DNA of 54,147 nucleotides from a virus. Its lineage: Duplodnaviria; Caudoviricetes. Location of the stretch: positions 1-54,147 of IMG/VR virus record IMGVR_UViG_3300020442_002355, one strand, 5' to 3'. The notes under the pieces are model-generated. The model had not been told where the DNA came from. It did not search any database and worked only from the letters and a program-made list of their open reading frames with translations. How positions within the stretch are numbered: the stretch's first letter is position 1; every line of letters starts with the position of its first letter. Below, one piece after another: positions 49,265 through 54,147 of the stretch. Made by a program: the position numbers and the translations under genes.

Positions 49265-49301
49265 AGTATATACAAAAAAAGGGATGCTAGTCAAGCACCC
49301 C
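49265..49301 (-). terminator. Terminator overlapping a sigma70 promoter (TTGACT-18-TATACT)
   Basis: Minus strand GGGGTGCT-TGACT-AGCATCCC-T7; -35 lies at the loop. Confidence 0.65.
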
Positions 49302-49313
49302 TGTGTCAGTATT

Positions 49314-49469
49314 TCAATTGTCTTCACTTTTCAGTTTTCTGACCAGATGCTCTGCCCATTCTTCCATCTTATCTGGATGAATAGCACGAATACCTGAATC
49401 TTTCACTGCATTCTCAATAGAAGTCATCTCCTTATTACAAAGTTTTTTAGATTTGGAAGGAAGAGTCAT
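49314..49469 (-). CDS. 51-aa hypothetical protein (not in ORF track)
   Basis: MTLPSKSKKLCNKEMTSIENAVKDSGIRAIHPDKMEEWAEHLVRKLKSEDN. Confidence 0.6.
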   Translation of the reverse strand: MTLPSKSKKLCNKEMTSIENAVKDSGIRAIHPDKMEEWAEHLVRKLKSEDN

Positions 49470-49537
49470 ATGCAGATTTGAAATACTATAGTATTATATC
49501 AGTATTTACAAACAAACTTCCGTATCTTAATTATCAC

Positions 49538-49714
49538 TTAAGATTCTTGTTTCATTTGCTTACGAACTTTCTTTAACTCTTTAAGTTCACTCTTAATCAT
49601 CTGATATGCGTCTTCCGATGATAGTTTCTTTGCCATTTCCATAGCAGAGATAACTTCTACCCTTGTACCAAAGTGTTGCAATGCTCTTTCAAATGAATCT
49701 AAGTAGCTATACAT
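49538..49714 (-). CDS. Conserved small helical hypothetical protein
   Basis: Likely start MYSYLDSFERALQHFGTRVE within ORF 49538..49762. Confidence 0.7.
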   Translation of the reverse strand: MYSYLDSFERALQHFGTRVEVISAMEMAKKLSSEDAYQMIKSELKELKKVRKQMKQES

Positions 49715-49715
49715 A

Positions 49716-50156
49716 TCAGTTTCGGTTTCGTTTGTAGGGTCCAAGCGGCAACCTCCCAGCAATCCAATCGTCTCCTGGACATTCTACACTACGTTTGTTA
49801 GATTGTCCATTATTCCACCAGGTTGTTCCCTTTTGATTGTTATGAACTCCTGGAAAAGGTTTCCCTTTATATAGTTTGCTTAGTTTCTGTTTAACCTCTT
49901 CTGTGTGTGTCTTCCCCAAAAAGTTGTGAGGATTATTCTTAAGATATTCTTTTGCTCTCTTTGACATTAACTTGCGCGTTTCTGCTGACGCTTCTTTATC
50001 GGCATAATATTCGCGCAGAGTATTAGAAATAGCGTCTCTCATTTTTGGAGACATCCAATCAGCAGTATCAAAAATATATTCTATATTCTCTTCTTCAGGT
50101 AAGAATAAGGGCGCGTCTATTCCGAACGCCCTGTTAAGGGTTGTGTAATCTTTCAT
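49716..50156 (-). CDS. NUMOD3-containing homing-endonuclease-like protein lacking an evident nuclease domain
   Basis: SAETRKLMS and GKTHTEEVKQKLS (NUMOD3), KGTTWWNNG...PG..W..GR; no GIY-YIG or HNH motif. Confidence 0.7.
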   Translation of the reverse strand: MKDYTTLNRAFGIDAPLFLPEEENIEYIFDTADWMSPKMRDAISNTLREYYADKEASAETRKLMSKRAKEYLKNNPHNFLGKTHTEEVKQKLSKLYKGKPFPGVHNNQKGTTWWNNGQSNKRSVECPGDDWIAGRLPLGPYKRNRN

Positions 50157-50157
50157 A

Positions 50158-50240
50158 GTAGTCTTGGCGTATGACTATACTTATTTATACAAATTATAAC
50201 ATAAAAGTGGGACTTACGCAACTAAATCCGCCAAGACTAC
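50158..50240 (-). promoter_or_regulatory. 12-bp inverted repeat enclosing TTGCGT-17-TATAAT and TATAAATA promoters
   Basis: gtagtcttggcg 50158-50169 / cgccaagactac 50229-50240; late promoter 50182-50189; -10 at 50193-50198, -35 at 50216-50221. Confidence 0.8.
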
Positions 50241-50257
50241 CTGTTGCCGCCCACTAA

Positions 50258-50503
50258 TTACTTCTTCTCTTCGTTCATCTCATCGTCCAGAGTATCTAGA
50301 AGGTCTTTCTTCTTGTTTCTGGAGTTCTCAATCGCGTCTCTGACCTTCTCTAGGGTTCTCCTAGATACGTTAGTCTCAATCTCTTTTGTCTGCTGTTTGT
50401 TGGTCTTTTCTTTCTCCAACTTCGCTTCCTGTGCCTTACGATTTGCCAACATATCTTTAGCACGTTGTTCTAAATCTTCAGATAGTTTAGAGAAGGATTT
50501 CAT
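50258..50503 (-). CDS. Charged small protein with CTS-like start
   Basis: MKSFSKLSE; late promoter ATAAATA at 50524-50530. Confidence 0.65.
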   Translation of the reverse strand: MKSFSKLSEDLEQRAKDMLANRKAQEAKLEKEKTNKQQTKEIETNVSRRTLEKVRDAIENSRNKKKDLLDTLDDEMNEEKK

Positions 50504-50522
50504 AAGAGGCAGGATTCTCTAC

Positions 50523-50729
50523 TTATTTATCTTTAGACTCCTTATTTGTTATATTATACACTACTGGTTGAATTTTATCAATCTTTGCCTGTAATCTATT
50601 CTCTAATTCATATAATGCATTAGTCGTTTCTATGTTTTCCATTTCTAATTCATCAACACGACTTTCTAATTCTGAAATATAACGGTACACGGAGACATTA
50701 ACGAATCTCCTTATAAGTTTTCCTAACAT
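50523..50729 (-). CDS. Coiled-coil hypothetical protein
   Basis: ORF track. Confidence 0.65.
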   Translation of the reverse strand: MLGKLIRRFVNVSVYRYISELESRVDELEMENIETTNALYELENRLQAKIDKIQPVVYNITNKESKDK

Positions 50730-50731
50730 TA

Positions 50732-50893
50732 TTAAATTTTTGGTAATTTACAGTCTCTAGGTGATGCCTCCTTAATTTCATGCAATAGTTCCATCTTTAC
50801 AGAACGCGGAAGGTCTTTTACCTTCTCCAAATTAAGAATCAATCTTTGTGCATCAGAGCAAGATATTATCGTTGATAATAGTATTTCTATCAT
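50732..50893 (-). CDS. 53-aa hypothetical protein (not in ORF track)
   Basis: MIEILLSTIISCSDAQRLILNLEKVKDLPRSVKMELLHEIKEASPRDCKLPKI. Confidence 0.6.
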   Translation of the reverse strand: MIEILLSTIISCSDAQRLILNLEKVKDLPRSVKMELLHEIKEASPRDCKLPKI

Positions 50894-50913
50894 AATGCAC
50901 TCCTGCAGTTACA

Positions 50914-51117
50914 CTATTTAATCACAGACCAGTGTTTATCTTCATGTTCATTAATCCAAAAAAAGTAACGTCCATTGATAGATGCTAGAAACACTTTTCC
51001 ATCTTCTCTCTTCTCAACACGACAAGAATGAAGACTATGCATTTCATTAGCAAAGCGATTCTTTGCTTTGGATGTCTTGGGTTGTACGCAAAGAAACTCT
51101 GATTTCATAGTAGTCAT
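50914..51117 (-). CDS. Conserved cyanophage hypothetical protein
   Basis: V.PK.SKAKNRFAN.M..LHSC.VE....K.FL.SI..RY.FW. Confidence 0.75.
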   Translation of the reverse strand: MTTMKSEFLCVQPKTSKAKNRFANEMHSLHSCRVEKREDGKVFLASINGRYFFWINEHEDKHWSVIK

Positions 51118-51146
51118 AATTTGTCTTGAACCCCAACAAAGGTATT

Positions 51147-51563
51147 CTACAGGGATTTTAGATACTTGTCAAGTAATACACTTTCCATTGCTTCTGCTTC
51201 AATCTCCCATGGTTGATCCGTATAGTCCATCAGAGAGCAGTCTGTGCCCTTCCAGCAACGTTTACTACGGGCAAAGGATAAATCCCCCCTAACGTGTTGT
51301 AATAGGTGCCACAGTTCGTGTAGAAGGGTAACTGTGTAGGTATCAGCATCTAGGTTGGATTGCATCTCAATCTCAAAATGTCTAGGACGATATTGAGAAC
51401 CAACAGGACCAATCCATGCCAGAGCACAATCACGTCTCATACCACGATGGTTTATATCCACAGTGATTTTGTGTCTTGGTAGATACTCACCAATGAACCA
51501 GTTGACAATACTTTGAGCACGGCGTATACTGTAACCGTACCCATAGGTTTCAAGATACAACAT
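51147..51563 (-). CDS. Zincin-like metallopeptidase
   Basis: TLLHELWHLLQH (HExxH) with downstream Y...PWEIEA; likely start MLYLETYG. Confidence 0.75.
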   Translation of the reverse strand: MLYLETYGYGYSIRRAQSIVNWFIGEYLPRHKITVDINHRGMRRDCALAWIGPVGSQYRPRHFEIEMQSNLDADTYTVTLLHELWHLLQHVRGDLSFARSKRCWKGTDCSLMDYTDQPWEIEAEAMESVLLDKYLKSL

Positions 51564-51651
51564 AACGAATAATAAGTTCAGATACACGAACCCCCCAATT
51601 CATAAGAATGAAGAAGGAGGAGACAAAGATGAGTTTTTCTAAACCAGTCAT
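51550..51651 (-). CDS. 33-aa hydrophobic peptide (not in ORF track)
   Basis: MTGLEKLIFVSSFFILMNWGVRVSELIIRYVVS; 11 nt after repeat 17. Confidence 0.5.
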   Translation of the reverse strand: MTGLEKLIFVSSFFILMNWGVRVSELIIRYVVS

Positions 51652-51693
51652 CCTAGTAGTCTATTCACTACTAGGACACTTTAGAGGCTTCAG

Positions 51694-52869
51694 TTAGGTC
51701 AATTCTGCGTCGAAAGCAAAATAAGCATCTGCATTATTGGTTGTGACTATTCCACCATTACCCACAGCCCCATTTGTTCCAGTACCAGTATCGATAGCAG
51801 CACTATTGTTATTCTTTCTAGTTATAGCCATAACATCAAACGCATCAAGAAGACCTGCACTATAAATTCCATAGTATCCAGTGCCAGTTTCATAATCAAG
51901 ATTAGGTGGTATGCGCATAGTTACTGGAAAATGAACAGAAAAGGCAAATAAGGTAGTTGCGTAATAGTGACCAGTCCCTAAATCTTTTAAATTACCTTCA
52001 GCATGTTTGTAATAATATCTCTGACACAATGCTAACTCTTCAGCATAAGAACGATGCTCAAATTCAGTGGCATTTTTACCGACTTCTAGTTGGGCATGAG
52101 CAAATTCTAAAGTTGCACCAACCACATCCATTTGGTCACCAGCACAAGTAGTCAAGTTTGCATAACCTGACGTTGATGCCCAAGCACCTTTTGTTCCACC
52201 AGTAAAATTGGAACCCATTGTCCACATCAGAGTAAATCTTAATCCAGTGCTGTTTCCATATAGATTCCAGGAACCATTTGAATCACCAGGAACAACAATA
52301 ACTTTTTTCTCCCAAGTATCTGCTGTTTTTATAGTGTAGTCTGATGGAAAAACTCTTGTACCATCATGATTTTGGAAACTTGCTGGAAACTTTCCAGTTT
52401 TATTTGACTTTACCCAAAAACTAAATGTAAAAGGTTTTGCTTCACTAGTACCAAATCTAAATCTTCCAAAATCATTTGCTTCTATATGGTATAGAAACTG
52501 TGCAAAGTTGGAAGAAGTAGTACTACTCCTTGCAGTTGTTGTTTCAACTTTTAGGCTATGTGCCCAATATGGTCCATTATTCCAAGCAGTATTCTGAGAA
52601 ACTGTCACTTGAGCATTAGTAGAAGCCTCATACTTCCAACGGTCTACTCCATAAGCACCACTGGCAGCAACAGCAAAACTTGTGCCTCTCTCGGCAATCC
52701 TCATATCACCATTGATAATCAAATTCTTCCTACCAGCACTTACAAGGTCTCTGGCATCTTGAACAGTTTCTGCTGCTGCAAGTTCAGAACCTTTCAGACC
52801 AAAACGTCTTCCAAGTTCAGTAAGTTTCTCTCTAATATTAAAAGAACCTTTGTTGACTCTTACTGCCAT
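51694..52869 (-). CDS. Tail-fibre-associated / carbohydrate-binding virion protein
   Basis: RKNLIINGDM.I..RG, FSFWVKSNKTG, QLEVG..AT.FEHRSY.EELALCQRYY, F..DAEL; TAA stop lies in repeat 17. Confidence 0.75.
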   Translation of the reverse strand: MAVRVNKGSFNIREKLTELGRRFGLKGSELAAAETVQDARDLVSAGRKNLIINGDMRIAERGTSFAVAASGAYGVDRWKYEASTNAQVTVSQNTAWNNGPYWAHSLKVETTTARSSTTSSNFAQFLYHIEANDFGRFRFGTSEAKPFTFSFWVKSNKTGKFPASFQNHDGTRVFPSDYTIKTADTWEKKVIVVPGDSNGSWNLYGNSTGLRFTLMWTMGSNFTGGTKGAWASTSGYANLTTCAGDQMDVVGATLEFAHAQLEVGKNATEFEHRSYAEELALCQRYYYKHAEGNLKDLGTGHYYATTLFAFSVHFPVTMRIPPNLDYETGTGYYGIYSAGLLDAFDVMAITRKNNNSAAIDTGTGTNGAVGNGGIVTTNNADAYFAFDAELT

Positions 52870-52872
52870 TCT

Positions 52873-54147
52873 TTATTCCTCTGCTACAAGACCGTTAGAT
52901 GCTGAAATCGCAGTAGTGACTGCTGTTGTAGTATTATTTATTCTACGCAGTCCTCGGAAATCACTACGACCTGATGATGTACCAACATATAATGTTTCCT
53001 CATCTTCATCATATGCTATTGCTGTTGGTAAATTTGATACACCGTATAAAGTACATTTTGCATTCTCTTGGAAGAGAACTTTTTCATCCTCATAGATTTT
53101 TTTGATTTGTTCTGGGGTTGGTGCTGAACCAGAGATACGAACTAATGCTAATGAACCCCCCCAACCATAAGCATAGTTATACCCATTTCCAATGACTAAT
53201 TTATGATTACTATCGCCAACATTACCCGCCATTGCTGCAGTTCCAACTAATTTGCCATCCATATACAAAGATCCAGTCGAACCTGTTCTTGCATATGTGA
53301 TTTGGGTCCAACGATTTAGTTGTAGAGTAGTATCACTAATCAAAGTGGTACTATTTGCTTCATATAATTCTACAAATCCATTAGTATTATTAAAGTACAA
53401 AGAAACTCTATTAGTTTGAGTTCCATTTTGCCTTGATTTATCAACCATAACAGTTGTCGCGTTCACAGTTCTGTATGCCCATAAGATTATAGAATAATCA
53501 TCAGTTCCAAAATCTAAATCAGAGTTATAAGGTTGTTGCAGAAAATTATTAGAACTAAATCCACTATATGCCACCAAATCTGCACCAGTCGCAACAGCAG
53601 TCTTGGTGATTGTTCCGTATACTTGTAGTCCTTTGTTGTTTACACTGCGGTCTTCTTCTCCTATTTCTGTTAAAGAAACATTATCATAATATGCAACTGC
53701 ACCAGTATTGTTACCTGTTGATAGGTGTATATATCCTGTAACTTGAGTTGCCGTAAAAAATACAGACATAGCTTCCATTGTTGTACTAAAAGTACTTGCA
53801 GAATCAGTAATAAATGGTACGTTGCCAATAGATCCTTTTAAACCTATTGATGCTGCATATGAAGAGTTATTTGTTCTTGCATCAGCAGTTAACACATATT
53901 TTTTTCCTATTTCCATAGTAACTTCTTGAGTTGCAAATCCCCACAGACTAGTTCTTGTAATTTCAAGTTGATTACTGCTAAGAGCAAGAGTTGAATTAAA
54001 AGAACCCCATCCACTAATATTAGTATTAAAAGTTCCATTAGTAACCAACTCAACCCCACTCGCAGTCACATTCGTAGTAGAAGTATCAGACAAGAAAGCA
54101 CCTTTGATGTCTCCGTTCATATATCCAGTGTTATAGGAGGTGGTGGC
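52873..54147 (-). CDS. Virion structural protein with CBM-like and LamG domains (5' end beyond window)
   Basis: ELVTNGTF..N..GW module; DFGTDDYSI..W...W..I...R......LY.DG LamG pattern; frame stays open to the window edge. Confidence 0.75.
   Translation of the reverse strand, partial: ATTSYNTGYMNGDIKGAFLSDTSTTNVTASGVELVTNGTFNTNISGWGSFNSTLALSSNQLEITRTSLWGFATQEVTMEIGKKYVLTADARTNNSSYAASIGLKGSIGNVPFITDSASTFSTTMEAMSVFFTATQVTGYIHLSTGNNTGAVAYYDNVSLTEIGEEDRSVNNKGLQVYGTITKTAVATGADLVAYSGFSSNNFLQQPYNSDLDFGTDDYSIILWAYRTVNATTVMVDKSRQNGTQTNRVSLYFNNTNGFVELYEANSTTLISDTTLQLNRWTQITYARTGSTGSLYMDGKLVGTAAMAGNVGDSNHKLVIGNGYNYAYGWGGSLALVRISGSAPTPEQIKKIYEDEKVLFQENAKCTLYGVSNLPTAIAYDEDEETLYVGTSSGRSDFRGLRRINNTTTAVTTAISASNGLVAEE

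Larger units (their letters stand above)
35316..51696 (-). repeat. Dispersed family of 17 direct 34-bp repeats at gene junctions (early-promoter / cassette-boundary element)
   Basis: Plus-strand consensus ttacactactaggacactttagaggcttcagtta at 35316, 37014, 37284, 37492, 37877, 38681, 39127, 39360, 40790, 42919, 44384, 44903, 45964, 46195, 47289, 48970, 51663; core gaca(c/g)tttag(a/g)ggcttcagt present in all. Confidence 0.97.

Noticed and set aside
35316-51696. 34-bp repeats as a CRISPR array
   Set aside because: Intervals are 0.17-2.7 kb, contain whole genes and are irregular; no cas genes in the window
35316-51696. Repeats as canonical integron attC or Xer/dif sites
   Set aside because: Some copies begin with an RYYYAAC-like sequence (ACCTAAC, GTCTAAC), but there is no closing GTTRRRY, no palindromic stem, only a weak XerD-arm resemblance and no integrase here; the analogy is organisational only
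291-53095. Plus-strand ORFs in the track (e.g. 5266..5607, 43013..43690, 43691..44233)
   Set aside because: All are antisense shadows of well-supported minus-strand genes and have no recognisable motifs
1-54147. tRNA/rRNA genes, introns, inteins, DGR
   Set aside because: No cloverleaf/T-loop signatures, interrupted core genes or reverse transcriptase noticed by eye; tRNAscan-SE and Infernal would be needed to exclude them formally

Overview
Segment of a T4-like (Kyanoviridae-type) marine cyanomyophage genome; essentially all real genes are on the minus strand. 1-32.4 kb is the conserved virion module (gp25, gp6, gp7, gp8, VrlC/DUF4815-like protein, gp13, gp14, gp15, gp16, start of gp17), with ATAAATA/CTAAATA late promoters and an un-annotated NblA-like mini-gene. 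34.7-35.9 kb is a gene-poor control region with divergent sigma70 promoters, three TTTTCCACA (DnaA-box-like) sites and an AT-rich tract. 35.3-51.7 kb is an accessory region organised by 17 near-identical 34-bp direct repeats (coding strand TAACTGAAGCCTCTAAAGTGTCCTAGTAGTGTAA). Each copy supplies or sits within 8 nt of the upstream stop codon and within 24 nt of the next start codon, so the region reads as a gene-cassette array. Its cargo includes a helicase / split N6-adenine MTase / PD-(D/E)xK nuclease / helicase module, a ligase-fold nucleotidyltransferase, capsid-targeted internal proteins, a secreted His-rich peptide, a NUMOD3 homing-endonuclease remnant and a zincin protease. The window ends in tail-fibre/LamG structural genes. 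All calls come from reading the sequence and recalling family motifs; no searches were run.
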